Shown: one piece after another, positions 10,821 through 20,361 of the stretch
How positions within the stretch are numbered: the stretch's first letter is position 1
How the letters are laid out: the number at the start of each line of letters is the position of its first letter
Assembly (NCBI GenBank): GCA_026395055.1
Contig: JAPLZK010000003.1
Location: 173,987 to 237,986 of the forward strand
From: Candidatus Uhrbacteria bacterium
GTDB lineage: Bacteria; Patescibacteriota; Patescibacteriia; UBA9934; GWF2-40-263
Direction: 5' to 3'
DNA: 64,000 nt
Notes under the pieces: generated by a model
Told to the model about the DNA's origin: nothing
Databases searched by the model: none
The model's input: only the letters and a program-made list of their open reading frames with translations
Position numbers and translations under genes: made by a program

Positions 10821-12345
10821 AGGTAGCAATAGATGTCGCGAGTTCTGCTCGTGGCATTTTTTGTTTGGCGCGCACTCGAATGCGAAGTCCTGGCACTGAG
10901 ATGATTGGCACAAACACAATTGCGAGAAGAATGAGGCCAAGGCCGATTGGGTGGTTCAGATATGGTGAGAAGAAGTGTGTGAAATACAGAAACGTCATGA
11001 ACTCAAGGATCCAAATGCCAACCCACGCCTTATCCGATCGAAGCAGGCTCGAAGCGGCGTACGCGGTATAAGCGAAGACTGCGAGAAACCCAAGCGGTGC
11101 GAGGATTCCCATCTTGAGCCAAAGCTCAAGCCAACCCCATTCCATAGAGGTCGTTGTCCATGAACCGTCCGGATGGATGGCACGAATGCGTGGGTCATCT
11201 GTGATGAATGTCACGGTTTGACCAAACCCATTGCCGAGGATTGGATCCGCCTTGATGAGATCAAGCATTGGATGCAAAAGATTCCAACGACTTGAAACCG
11301 CAACATCTGTTCCAATCGCGCGTTCACCAAAGACACCCGTGAGATATTCACCGGCCGCTCGTGTGTGTGGAAATGGAAAAATAACGGTCGAGTAGATGAG
11401 CGCGATCGCAATCACAATCGAAGCAATGATGGATCCGATTCCGAGAAGCCAATTTCGCAATGATGTTTTGAGTCCGAATACAAGCCAGACCCCGAGAATC
11501 AACATGGCCGCAATGAATCCAAACAGAAAACTACGTGACATGCCGACGAGTATGGCAATGAATACAACCGACAGAAGCGCAATCGAAATGCAACGATCTT
11601 TTCGAGATTGCACCTGATACACACGTTCAAGCAAAATGAATCCAAAGACAACGGCGAAAACCTGTGTTTGTTCGAAAATCCGATACATCCCCATTCCAAT
11701 GTTTGTCATCTCAGCAAAACGGATATCGCGCAAATAAACGTACATGACACGCAGGAAGGATTGTGAAAGATGGGTGAAGGCGTAGAGAATGAAAAGCGAC
11801 ATTGCGGTTGTAAAGACAGTTGCGGCCGCGAGTATCTGGAGAACAACGCGTTGTTTCAAACTATCCCATTGGACGTTTATGATTGGAACAAGATACGCCA
11901 AATAAAGATATGCGTTACCATCTTGAAAAACTTCCATAGTTGATCGACGCGTGAGTCCGATCATTCCACCAACTCCGATCGCGAGTGCGAGCACAAGAAA
12001 TGGTACATATCGTGTATCTCGTAACTGAAGTGAGGTACGTCGAAGCAAGATTGCGAGTCCCCATCCGAGGAATAAGCCAAGGAAGATCGTCATGCGTGCG
12101 GAAATACGGACACTTCCGATCGAGTCGTACAAAATGTATCCATGTGCGTTTGAAAGGAGTTCGAGAAATGCGATCATGAGTCCATACTCAAGTTTTCGAA
12201 ACGTTGCGACAAGTGTCACGAGTCCGAGTAGGCCGAGAATGAATAGACTTGAGTGCAAGAAATATCCGACCATCGACAACAAGAACAATCCCGCGAAGCC
12301 GAGGAGTGCGAATCGAAACGGTTTTCCTAAAAATTCTTGGATCAT
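10807..12345 (-). CDS. O-antigen ligase/Wzy-like polytopic membrane protein
   Basis: About 12 TM helices, SRS motif, R.....P..G.GFG periplasmic loop. Last gene of the GT cluster. Confidence 0.75.
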   Translation of the reverse strand: MIQEFLGKPFRFALLGFAGLFLLSMVGYFLHSSLFILGLLGLVTLVATFRKLEYGLMIAFLELLSNAHGYILYDSIGSVRISARMTIFLGLFLGWGLAILLRRTSLQLRDTRYVPFLVLALAIGVGGMIGLTRRSTMEVFQDGNAYLYLAYLVPIINVQWDSLKQRVVLQILAAATVFTTAMSLFILYAFTHLSQSFLRVMYVYLRDIRFAEMTNIGMGMYRIFEQTQVFAVVFGFILLERVYQVQSRKDRCISIALLSVVFIAILVGMSRSFLFGFIAAMLILGVWLVFGLKTSLRNWLLGIGSIIASIVIAIALIYSTVIFPFPHTRAAGEYLTGVFGERAIGTDVAVSSRWNLLHPMLDLIKADPILGNGFGQTVTFITDDPRIRAIHPDGSWTTTSMEWGWLELWLKMGILAPLGFLAVFAYTAYAASSLLRSDKAWVGIWILEFMTFLYFTHFFSPYLNHPIGLGLILLAIVFVPIISVPGLRIRVRAKQKMPRAELATSIATSRTK

Positions 12346-13187
12346 ATTGGCTTGATGATTGCGGCGATGTAACCGAGTACCACGAAGACGGGATTCAGAA
12401 GCGTAAACAAGAGCCAGACACCAAAACCATAATGCTTTTTCATATAGCGACGCAGACTACGACGAACCATTTCTTGTTTACGATAGGTCGTCACGCGCTC
12501 AAAGCTACTTCCCTTCTTGTGCTTTGCGTGAATCTCGGCAAAGTATCGTACGCGATATCCTGCATCAATCGTGCGTCTTGCAAAGTCGACTTCTTCATAC
12601 CAAAGAAAAAATCCATCATCGAGGCCGGTCAGCTTCTCATACACATCACGACGAATGCAGAAGAACGCGCCCATAACTTGGTTCACATCTTGCGACTTCG
12701 TATAGTCGAAGTCGGCCATGCGCCATCGAGCCACGGATTTGATCGACGGAATAATGTGAGGAATCTTTGCAAGTAACATCAGCTGATCGATCGGCGTTGG
12801 AAATCTCCAAACACAGGCTTGTTGTGTACCGTCGAGGTTCTTGAGCGAGATTCCGCCGACACCGACATCCGGATTCTCGCGCATTGCCTTCTCAATTTGC
12901 ACGAGGGCATCATCAACGAAAATCACATCTGGATTCAATAGCAAAAGAAAATCCCCTGTCGCCGATTGCGCTCCAAGGTTGCATCCACCCGCGAATCCTA
13001 AATTCTTTTCACTAAAGATAAATTTTACCTGTGGAAACTTCGCTTGAAGCTTCGAAAGGTCATCACCGGACCCGTTCTCTACAACAATTACCTCAACACT
13101 TCCGATCGGATGAAACTCAAATAACGAGTCGAGAAGTGTCTCGAGATAATCAGCGGTCTTATAGTTCACGGTGATGGTTGAGATCAT
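12342..13187 (-). CDS. Glycosyltransferase family 2 (WbbL/rhamnosyltransferase-like)
   Basis: VVENGSGD, NLGFAGGCN, LLLNPD, FFLWYEEVD. Confidence 0.9.
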   Translation of the reverse strand: MISTITVNYKTADYLETLLDSLFEFHPIGSVEVIVVENGSGDDLSKLQAKFPQVKFIFSEKNLGFAGGCNLGAQSATGDFLLLLNPDVIFVDDALVQIEKAMRENPDVGVGGISLKNLDGTQQACVWRFPTPIDQLMLLAKIPHIIPSIKSVARWRMADFDYTKSQDVNQVMGAFFCIRRDVYEKLTGLDDGFFLWYEEVDFARRTIDAGYRVRYFAEIHAKHKKGSSFERVTTYRKQEMVRRSLRRYMKKHYGFGVWLLFTLLNPVFVVLGYIAAIIKPI

Positions 13188-13894
13188 ACAAGGTGGTGTT
13201 TCTCCAAAATAATCTTTTTTGCCTCGCGATATTTCTGTACACGCTTTGGCATCCAGCCGATGTATTTCCAGGGAAATCGAATAATGAGCGATGGTAACCA
13301 GTTAGACATCCGTTCTGGGCGATCTTCTTGAATCACAAGAAATAAACTCTTATCGATATAAGCTCCATTCGATCCTTGTTCGAGCATGGTGAGCCAAAGA
13401 TCCCAATCTTGAAAACGCTTAAGAGATGTGTCGAATTTTGGAAACTTCTCGCGACGGATAAGCGCCGACGTGTGAATGTAGTTCATTTGTTTGAGTCGAG
13501 CAGCATCGAATGGAAATGATGTAAACGTTTTCCATCCCCACTCAAATCCAGAGTACGCATAGGACGCATCAGGATGCGTTTTAAGCGCCTGTTCCAGTTC
13601 CGCGAGCATCTCAGGTCTCATTTCAACATCTGCATCGCAAAACAGCACAAGATCACCAACAGATTTTTCAAATCCATGATTGCGAGCCGCAGGTGCACCC
13701 TGATTTGTTTGCACTAGAACCTGCACACGGTCGCGATACGGTTTCAAAACCGCTTGCGTGGTATCCGTCGAACCGTCATCAACCACAATAATTTCATCTG
13801 CCGGTCGAGATTGCGCAAAAATCGAATCAAGGCATCGAACCAGTGTCGAGGCGTGTTGGTATGTTGGGATGACGATTGAGATACGTTCACTCAT
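13184..13894 (-). CDS. Glycosyltransferase family 2
   Basis: ISIVIPTY, VVDDGSTD, ARNHG, FCDAD, QDWDLW. Confidence 0.9.
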   Translation of the reverse strand: MSERISIVIPTYQHASTLVRCLDSIFAQSRPADEIIVVDDGSTDTTQAVLKPYRDRVQVLVQTNQGAPAARNHGFEKSVGDLVLFCDADVEMRPEMLAELEQALKTHPDASYAYSGFEWGWKTFTSFPFDAARLKQMNYIHTSALIRREKFPKFDTSLKRFQDWDLWLTMLEQGSNGAYIDKSLFLVIQEDRPERMSNWLPSLIIRFPWKYIGWMPKRVQKYREAKKIILEKHHLV

Positions 13895-14979
13895 ACAAGG
13901 TACGGTTCCAGTTTTGAAAACTGTGCGGCTGGCGTGAACTCTGTTGTCACACGCATTCGTGCCGCGTTCCCGAGCTGTTCTCGAAGTAATACGTCATTTG
14001 CAAGCGAAAGAATCGCCCCGGCGAGAGCTTCAATATTTCCATCTTCAACCAGTAGACCAGTTTCTTGATCAAGCACGGCTTCATCGACACCACTCATTCT
14101 GGTTGCAATTGAAGGCACTCCGTACGCAGCCGCTTCGAGATATACCATGCCAAATCCTTCCTTATCGATAGGATCATTTTTTACGGGTAACACAAACACA
14201 TCTGCATCACTGTAAACCGTTCGAAGTTCTTCATCAGATACATCCCCTTTAAACACAACACTAGACCCAAGATCAAGTTCAATCGCCAATGTCTCCAGCG
14301 CTTGTCGCATAGGACCACCCCCAACAATCGTGTAGCGAAACGTGGAAAGTGATCCATTCATCTTTAAAAGCGCGAGCGCCTGCAAGACACGCTCATGTCC
14401 TTTTCGATCAACGAGTCGACTAACACTCAATAATCTAAATACCAAAGATGCAACATTCGTTGCGCTCGACACAAACTTCGGATCCACACATGGGTAGATG
14501 GTCAGAATATTCTTCAATCCAAATTCCTGTTGAAGTTCTTGCGCAAGAGCGTTTGAATTTGCAATGACGAGATATGCATTCGAGAGAACACGAGACGTGA
14601 GTGACTTCTTTGATCTGAGAGCTAGACGGACGTCCATTCCGTGCGTGATAACAATGTAGGGTTTTTTTGTAAACCATTTTGCAACCATTGCTGCCGTTCC
14701 AAACGGAATCACGTGGCTTGTAATAACACAGCGATACGATTTGGCTTCTCGAACAAGAAGTAAAACGGAAGTGATCCATTTCGGCCAGATATACTTTGAT
14801 AAAAGCGGTTTGCGATCGAGTGGGTACGTTACAGCAACTTCGGTAGCATTCTCGAGAGGCGAAGCAATAACACGAACACGCTGTGAGAAATATTCCGCGA
14901 ACAAACCTAAATAGCGCGCAACACCGCCGCGGCTAGGAAGAAAATCTGGAGTGATAAGAAGAAGATCTTTTTCGATCAT
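13891..14979 (-). CDS. Glycosyltransferase family 4
   Basis: PSRGGVARY, SVSRLVDRKG, EGFGMVYLEAAAYGVP. Start at 14979 gives an ATGA overlap with the flippase stop. Confidence 0.9.
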   Translation of the reverse strand: MIEKDLLLITPDFLPSRGGVARYLGLFAEYFSQRVRVIASPLENATEVAVTYPLDRKPLLSKYIWPKWITSVLLLVREAKSYRCVITSHVIPFGTAAMVAKWFTKKPYIVITHGMDVRLALRSKKSLTSRVLSNAYLVIANSNALAQELQQEFGLKNILTIYPCVDPKFVSSATNVASLVFRLLSVSRLVDRKGHERVLQALALLKMNGSLSTFRYTIVGGGPMRQALETLAIELDLGSSVVFKGDVSDEELRTVYSDADVFVLPVKNDPIDKEGFGMVYLEAAAYGVPSIATRMSGVDEAVLDQETGLLVEDGNIEALAGAILSLANDVLLREQLGNAARMRVTTEFTPAAQFSKLEPYLV

Positions 14980-16424
14980 ACAAGCGGAGCGGACTTTCTG
15001 AAAAGAGATCGTAAACCTACAACATCTTGTTTTGTAACGGAACGTGTCAATAATAACGCCCCTACGTAAACAAGAGCTGCGCACGGAATAACCAACATCC
15101 AATGCAACCAAATTTTAAGAATGAGTCCAACACCTAACATGGCAAGTCCGCTTACAATGGTGCCACATGTTCTAAGCACAAACGCACGATTTAAAAATTG
15201 TGGAAGAAATTTTGAAACAATGAAAAGTTCTGCAAGAATCATGATGGTATAACTCATGAGAGATCCAATGACAGCACCGAGTAGTCCGAGACGTGAAATA
15301 AGAAACAAATCAATGATCGCATTTACCACCATTGCAAGCCCCATGATTTTCATACGTGTCGCCTGACGATCAGAAGCATTGAGAAGTGCACCGAATGGAA
15401 TTTCAAGAAAAGATGGAAAGAGAACGAAAATGAGTGTACGGAGAACAACAGCAGATTCGGAATACTCACGTCCTGGTAGCCGAATCATTTCTGGAGCAAT
15501 AAGCCACACACCAAAGACAATAGGAGTTGCGATAAGCAAAATATACCAAATAGCGCGATCAAACGTATGGGCTGTTGCTTGCTTGTCGTTTTCAATGGTT
15601 GCACTAAGACTTGGATAAAGAGCAGCAGAAAACGCAAGCGGAAGGAATTGAAATGCGTAGGTAAACTTATACGCAACAGAATAAATTCCAACAGCCGTTG
15701 TACTCATGAGTTTTGAAATCAAGACAATGTCTAATGAGCTATAAATTTTTGTGAAAATTCCTGTGAGGGCGAATGGGATCATGATTTTCATCATGTTCCA
15801 TTGTGCGTGCTTATCCCAGGATGGAACCAAAAGACGCCATCCATATAAACGAATAACTTGTGAGGAGGAAATGAGAAGACCCGAGAAACTTCCGCAAAAC
15901 AATGCAAGAATGAGAAAACGAACATCAGGGTGCAAGATAAGTGACAAGCTTCCAATAAGAACCGTTATGCATTGCCCTATAAACATCCCTACTGCCTCGT
16001 ATCGCAATTTCTGTGAACCTCGCAACACGCCATAGCAAACAAGTGCGAGAGCATCTGTTGTCATGACAACGGTTGTAATCAAGATAAACTCTGTAATTTC
16101 TTTTCCGTATCCGAAAAATGGCGTTGCAATGAAAACAAGAATAACCGTCAAAAGGATCAGGGTTAGCTTTAATCCAACCGCTCGACGTGTCGCAACCTCT
16201 CGATTCTCGGGATGCTTTGCAACCTCTCTGATTAAAATAGACGTAAGTCCTAGATCTGTAAAAACAGAAAAGGCTGTGACAATGGAAGTCGCCAAAAAAA
16301 ACATTCCTGTTCGCTCTGGCATCATGATGCGCGCCAGAAACAAAAAATAGACAAACGCAATAAGCTTTTGTCCAACGGAAGCCATGGTCATGAACGCCGT
16401 ATTTTTTGCGAGATGCTGTGACAT
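14976..16424 (-). CDS. Wzx-type polysaccharide flippase
   Basis: LAKNT, DLGL, REVA, VGIYSVAYK, many TMs. TGC-TATCCT 9 nt before ATG 16424. Confidence 0.88.
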   Translation of the reverse strand: MSQHLAKNTAFMTMASVGQKLIAFVYFLFLARIMMPERTGMFFLATSIVTAFSVFTDLGLTSILIREVAKHPENREVATRRAVGLKLTLILLTVILVFIATPFFGYGKEITEFILITTVVMTTDALALVCYGVLRGSQKLRYEAVGMFIGQCITVLIGSLSLILHPDVRFLILALFCGSFSGLLISSSQVIRLYGWRLLVPSWDKHAQWNMMKIMIPFALTGIFTKIYSSLDIVLISKLMSTTAVGIYSVAYKFTYAFQFLPLAFSAALYPSLSATIENDKQATAHTFDRAIWYILLIATPIVFGVWLIAPEMIRLPGREYSESAVVLRTLIFVLFPSFLEIPFGALLNASDRQATRMKIMGLAMVVNAIIDLFLISRLGLLGAVIGSLMSYTIMILAELFIVSKFLPQFLNRAFVLRTCGTIVSGLAMLGVGLILKIWLHWMLVIPCAALVYVGALLLTRSVTKQDVVGLRSLFRKSAPLV

Positions 16425-16464
16425 GTAAGGACAAGGATAGCAAAAAATGACCCGAATGTAAAAC

Positions 16465-16496
16465 AAAAAAATACCTGCACAAGGCAGGTATTTTTT
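16465..16496 (-). terminator. Terminator of the ribosomal protein operon
   Basis: AAAAAAATACCTGC-5nt-GCAGGTATTTTTT right after the rpsI stop. Confidence 0.8.
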
Positions 16497-16901
16497 CTAA
16501 CGCTTTGACCATTGTGGGGAGCGTCGAGCGGACTTTTTTCCGAATTTTTTACGTTCACGGATGCGAGCATCACGTGTCATCATTCCTTGTTTTTTCAAAA
16601 CGGTTTTGTATTCTGGGTTGAAATCAACGAGGGCACGAGCAATTCCAAGGCGGATACTGTCCGCTTGTCCTGCTTGTCCTCCACCCTTTACAACAACCTG
16701 TACATCAAACATGTTTTCTGTTCCCGTAAGAACAAGAGGAGATTTGACGGTTTGGTGTTGAAACGTTGTTGGCAAATACTTTTCGAGCTCACGGTCATTA
16801 ATGGTGATCTTTCCAGATCCATTATGGTGAAGGCGAACTTGTGCAACCGCACATTTGCGTCGTCCAACGGCTCCAATATATTTTGTTGCTAATTCAGTCA
16901 T
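16497..16901 (-). CDS. rpsI: 30S ribosomal protein S9
   Basis: GRRK.AVA, GGG..GQA, ERKK.G...AR...QWSKR. Confidence 0.97.
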   Translation of the reverse strand: MTELATKYIGAVGRRKCAVAQVRLHHNGSGKITINDRELEKYLPTTFQHQTVKSPLVLTGTENMFDVQVVVKGGGQAGQADSIRLGIARALVDFNPEYKTVLKKQGMMTRDARIRERKKFGKKSARRSPQWSKR

Positions 16902-16902
16902 A

Positions 16903-17265
16903 TTAGTTCTTGACGACGAGGCGCTTCAAGCGTTCGTTGCGATGTGAGTTCTTTGGCAACATACGTGATACCGCACGAACCAATACGTCACCTGGATTAT
17001 CTGCCCATACTTTTTTCATGGACGTTGTGCGCAATCCGCTTGCGTACGCTGTGTGACGGAAGTATTCTTTCTGTTCTAAGCGCTTTCCGATGATGTTCAT
17101 CTTTGAAGCATTGATCACTTGAACATGATCACCACCATCTACGTTTGGGACGAACGTAGCTTTTCCTTTTCCCATCAAAAAGCCTACGACTTGTGTTGCA
17201 AGACGTCCTGGGCTTTTTCCATCCGCATCGATGGTGTGAATATTGCGATCAAGTTCTTTTTGCAT
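16903..17265 (-). CDS. rplM: 50S ribosomal protein L13 (short, about 120 aa)
   Basis: IDA....GRLAT, GK.K..F.P.VD.GD.V.VINA, AV.RMLPKN. Start moved to 17265. Confidence 0.93.
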   Translation of the reverse strand: MQKELDRNIHTIDADGKSPGRLATQVVGFLMGKGKATFVPNVDGGDHVQVINASKMNIIGKRLEQKEYFRHTAYASGLRTTSMKKVWADNPGDVLVRAVSRMLPKNSHRNERLKRLVVKN

Positions 17266-17266
17266 A

Positions 17267-17617
17267 TTAGACAAGTTCAATTTGTACGACAGGAGCGCCG
17301 TCACCTTTGCGTGTTCCCATTTTGATGATACGTGTGTATCCGCCATTTCGATCCATATAACGCGGACCGAGGACATCCAAAATTTTGTTTACAGGACTTT
17401 CAGAAGCAAAACGCTTCATCAAATTTCTGCGCGTTGCAAGGGTTGCTTTCTTTCCATCCGTGATGGATCGTTCTACGAGAGAACGGACAACTTTCGCCTT
17501 TGTCTCGGTTGTTTTTACTTTTTCGTGCAAAATAATACTCGCCGCCAAGCTTGTAAGCATAGCGATTCTAGAAGAAGTTCTTCGACCGAGAGTTTTTGTG
17601 GCGTTGCGATGGCGCAT
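17267..17617 (-). CDS. rplQ: 50S ribosomal protein L17
   Basis: MRHR....LGR, TT..KAK, RNGGYTRI.K. Confidence 0.97.
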   Translation of the reverse strand: MRHRNATKTLGRRTSSRIAMLTSLAASIILHEKVKTTETKAKVVRSLVERSITDGKKATLATRRNLMKRFASESPVNKILDVLGPRYMDRNGGYTRIIKMGTRKGDGAPVVQIELV

Positions 17618-17631
17618 ATACGTAAACCGGA

Positions 17632-18351
17632 TTATGAAGCATCTGATTCAGATGTCACTTCCGTTTGTGTGTTGAGAAGGATTGAGAAATAATCGATAAG
17701 AGTTTTTGCAGATTGCTCTACAGCAACTTCTGGAGTAACGGTTCCGTCTGTTTCAATGTTCATGATGAGCTTATCATAGTTTGTGATATCGCCCACACGT
17801 GTATTGACCACATGGTAACCAACGTTTCTAACGGGAGAAAACAGGGCGTCAATGGCAATGGTGCCAAGATCATGTGTTTCTCCTGCGCGTTCCTCTGTTG
17901 TGGAATAACCACGCCCTTTACGAACGGTGAGTTCCATCTCAAAGGTTGCTTTTGCTTCTGTAAGATGAGCGATCACGAGGTCTGGGTTCATGATTTCAAC
18001 ATCTGCATTTGGAGCAATGTCTCCCGCTGTGATGGTTTTTAACCCGCTCACACTCAACTTGAGTGTGACAGGTTCATCAGAAAAAACTTTGAGACGAAGG
18101 GTCTTGAGGTTTAAAATGATCTCAAGAGCGTCCTCTTTCACGTTTTCAATTGCTTGAAATTCGTGCGTGACACCTTTCATCTTAACGGCTGTAACCGCAG
18201 CTCCCGGCAAAGATGAGAGCAACACGCGACGCAATGCGTTTCCGAGTGTTGTTCCATAGCCGTAAAAGCATGGTTCTACAACCAAAACGCCTTCGTTTGG
18301 TCGTTCGCCCTTTTCGAACGAAATTTTTGATGGAAGAAGAATGTTCTCCAT
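17632..18351 (-). CDS. rpoA: RNA polymerase alpha subunit (NTD only, 239 aa)
   Basis: EP...GYGTTLGNALRRVLLSS, HEF, IDALFSPV, DKL...IETDG. TAAGGAGG SD at 18360-18367. Confidence 0.96.
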   Translation of the reverse strand: MENILLPSKISFEKGERPNEGVLVVEPCFYGYGTTLGNALRRVLLSSLPGAAVTAVKMKGVTHEFQAIENVKEDALEIILNLKTLRLKVFSDEPVTLKLSVSGLKTITAGDIAPNADVEIMNPDLVIAHLTEAKATFEMELTVRKGRGYSTTEERAGETHDLGTIAIDALFSPVRNVGYHVVNTRVGDITNYDKLIMNIETDGTVTPEVAVEQSAKTLIDYFSILLNTQTEVTSESDAS

Positions 18352-18372
18352 ACGACGATCCTCCTTAGTGAT

Positions 18373-18984
18373 TTATCGAGAGTAAAATTCGACGATCAGC
18401 CGTGGGTCAAAGAGCTTTTCAACATCATCCATGGTTGGCTCTCCTGTTACCTTACCCTTCAGTGCGGCTGCGTCAGCATTCAACCATTTTGGAACTTGAT
18501 TTTCCTTTTTCAATTCCCCAATAGCTTTTACGATGCCTTTTTCCTTTTTATTTTCCTTTACGGAAATAACGTCACCAACTTTTATCTGATAAGAAGGAAT
18601 ATCAACCAGCTTGTCATTCACGAGAACAAATCCGTGTCCAACGATTTGACGTGCTTGTTTACGAGTTTTTGCAAACCCGAGACGATAGATCACGTTATCA
18701 AGACGTTGTTCCAGCAATTGAATCATGAATTCAGAAGTGTTTCCTTTATGTTGAGAGGCTTTCTCAAAACATTTTCGGAATTGCTTTTCCAAAAGTCCGT
18801 AAACGGCTTTTGCTTTCTGTTTTTCAAGTAATTGCTCTCCGTATCCAGAAATGCGGCGATGGTTCCCTTGTTTAGGACCATGCACACCTGGTGGGTATGG
18901 GCGTCGGCGGACGTACTTTTCTTTGCCGAGCACAATCCCGAGGCGTCGGGAGAGTTTTACGATGGGAGTTTGATTTTTTGCCAT
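18373..18984 (-). CDS. rpsD: 30S ribosomal protein S4
   Basis: PPG.HG, YG.QL.EKQK, LE.RLDNV.YR.GFA, IVEFYSR. Confidence 0.97.
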   Translation of the reverse strand: MAKNQTPIVKLSRRLGIVLGKEKYVRRRPYPPGVHGPKQGNHRRISGYGEQLLEKQKAKAVYGLLEKQFRKCFEKASQHKGNTSEFMIQLLEQRLDNVIYRLGFAKTRKQARQIVGHGFVLVNDKLVDIPSYQIKVGDVISVKENKKEKGIVKAIGELKKENQVPKWLNADAAALKGKVTGEPTMDDVEKLFDPRLIVEFYSR

Positions 18985-18987
18985 AAA

Positions 18988-19383
18988 CTAGACACGACGT
19001 GGTTTACGTGGACGACAACCATTATGAGGAAGCGGTGTTAAATCTTTGATAGAAAGGACCTGGAATCCATTTGCGTTTAATGCGCGCACAGCAGAATCGC
19101 GACCTGCACCAACACCCTTTACGAACACATTGATTTCTTTGAGACCAATTTCTTTCACACGGTCAGCAGCAGCTTTGACGATCATTCCCGCTGCGTACGG
19201 TGTAGCTTTCTTTGGTCCTTTGAATCCACAGTTTCCTGCACTGGACCACGCAAGTGTGTTTCCGTTCAGGTCTGTAAGAGTAACAATGGTGTTGTTATAG
19301 GTTGCCTGAACATACGCGTTACCTTGCGCAACGGATTTCACGACTTTCTTTTTCTTTGATTTTGTTTGGGTTACAGCAGCCAT
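18988..19383 (-). CDS. rpsK: 30S ribosomal protein S11
   Basis: NNTIVT.TD, GFKG.KK.TPYAA, PHNGCRP. Confidence 0.97.
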   Translation of the reverse strand: MAAVTQTKSKKKKVVKSVAQGNAYVQATYNNTIVTLTDLNGNTLAWSSAGNCGFKGPKKATPYAAGMIVKAAADRVKEIGLKEINVFVKGVGAGRDSAVRALNANGFQVLSIKDLTPLPHNGCRPRKPRRV

Positions 19384-19384
19384 A

Positions 19385-19771
19385 TTATGTCTTGGTCAAC
19401 GCGCGACGACCACTTCCTGTGGTCTTTCTCACGTTGCCTCGAATGGTTCGTGAATTTGTTTTAGTTCTCTGGCCACGTGCTGGCAAGTGTTTTGCGTGAC
19501 GTGTTCCGCGGTATGCTCCGATTTCTTTCAAACGCTTAACGCTAGAGAGAACATCTCGACGCAAGTCTCCTTCCAATCTACGTCCTTTTTCTACGAGGTC
19601 GCGGATGGATTTAACTTGGTCTTCTGTTAAATCTTTTGTTTTGATATCCCCTTTCACATCTGCTTGCTTTAAGATACTAGCAGCCGTTGTTGGACCCACC
19701 CCATAAATATAGGTAAGGGCGATGCGGATATGTTTGTTGAGTGGAAGATTCACTCCAGCGATACGTGCCAT
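19385..19771 (-). CDS. rpsM: 30S ribosomal protein S13
   Basis: MARIAGVNLP, YRG.RH...LP.RGQRTKTN. Confidence 0.97.
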   Translation of the reverse strand: MARIAGVNLPLNKHIRIALTYIYGVGPTTAASILKQADVKGDIKTKDLTEDQVKSIRDLVEKGRRLEGDLRRDVLSSVKRLKEIGAYRGTRHAKHLPARGQRTKTNSRTIRGNVRKTTGSGRRALTKT

Positions 19772-19821
19772 AAGAAATGTAGTAAGTAGAAATAAGGAGA
19801 GAGGGTTAAACCAATCAACTC

Positions 19822-19935
19822 TTACCCTTGACGTTGTTTATGTTTAGGATTTTTACAAATGACAACCACACGTCCTTTTCGGCGTGTGACACTGCAATCT
19901 TTACAAATTTTTTTTGCGGATGCTCGAACTTTCAT
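19822..19935 (-). CDS. rpmJ: 50S ribosomal protein L36 (Zn-binding form)
   Basis: Below the ORF-track cutoff. Manual translation [37 protein letters not shown]. Confidence 0.96.
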   Translation of the reverse strand: MKVRASAKKICKDCSVTRRKGRVVVICKNPKHKQRQG

Positions 19936-19981
19936 AATCTATAAACTTCACCGATGTTGCTCGATGAAGTTTGGAATCTTA

Positions 19982-20203
19982 TTAGAAACGATAAACGACA
20001 CGACCCTTTGTAAGGTCGTACGGACTAATTTCCACTTTCACGTCATCTCCAGGCAAAATGCGAATACGAAACTTGCGCATTTTTCCAGAAAGATAACCTG
20101 TGATGGTTTGTCCATTTTCCAGTTTCACTTTGAAATTTGCAGATGGTAGAAGTTCTTCTACCGTGCCTCGCATTTCAATAAAATCTTTTGTATCCTGACT
20201 CAT
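19982..20203 (-). CDS. infA: Translation initiation factor IF-1
   Basis: LPSANF.V.LENG, SGKMR...IRILPGD.V.VE.SPYDL.KGR. Confidence 0.97.
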   Translation of the reverse strand: MSQDTKDFIEMRGTVEELLPSANFKVKLENGQTITGYLSGKMRKFRIRILPGDDVKVEISPYDLTKGRVVYRF

Positions 20204-20222
20204 AGGTTCTTTGGTTCAGAAA

Positions 20223-20307
20223 ATGCTATCAGATTTTGCTGTAAATCGCAAGCAAAAATAGATTTCTGAGGCGCCGGTATTTTATGTTATTTGCTAAATT
20301 GTGTCAA
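20223..20307 (-). promoter_or_regulatory. Tandem promoters of the infA-rpsI operon
   Basis: P1 TTGACA(20307-20302)-17-TAAAAT(20284-20279). P2 TTGCGA(20251-20246)-17-TAGCAT(20228-20223), TG-extended. Confidence 0.65.
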
Positions 20308-20361
20308 GAAATCAACCGGGGATAACCTTGAGCAACATATTTCAGCTAAATTAAGGTGTGT

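Noticed and set aside
20204-20361. tRNA or ncRNA in the infA-alaS gap
   Set aside because: No cloverleaf or T-loop motif. The region is explained by two promoters.
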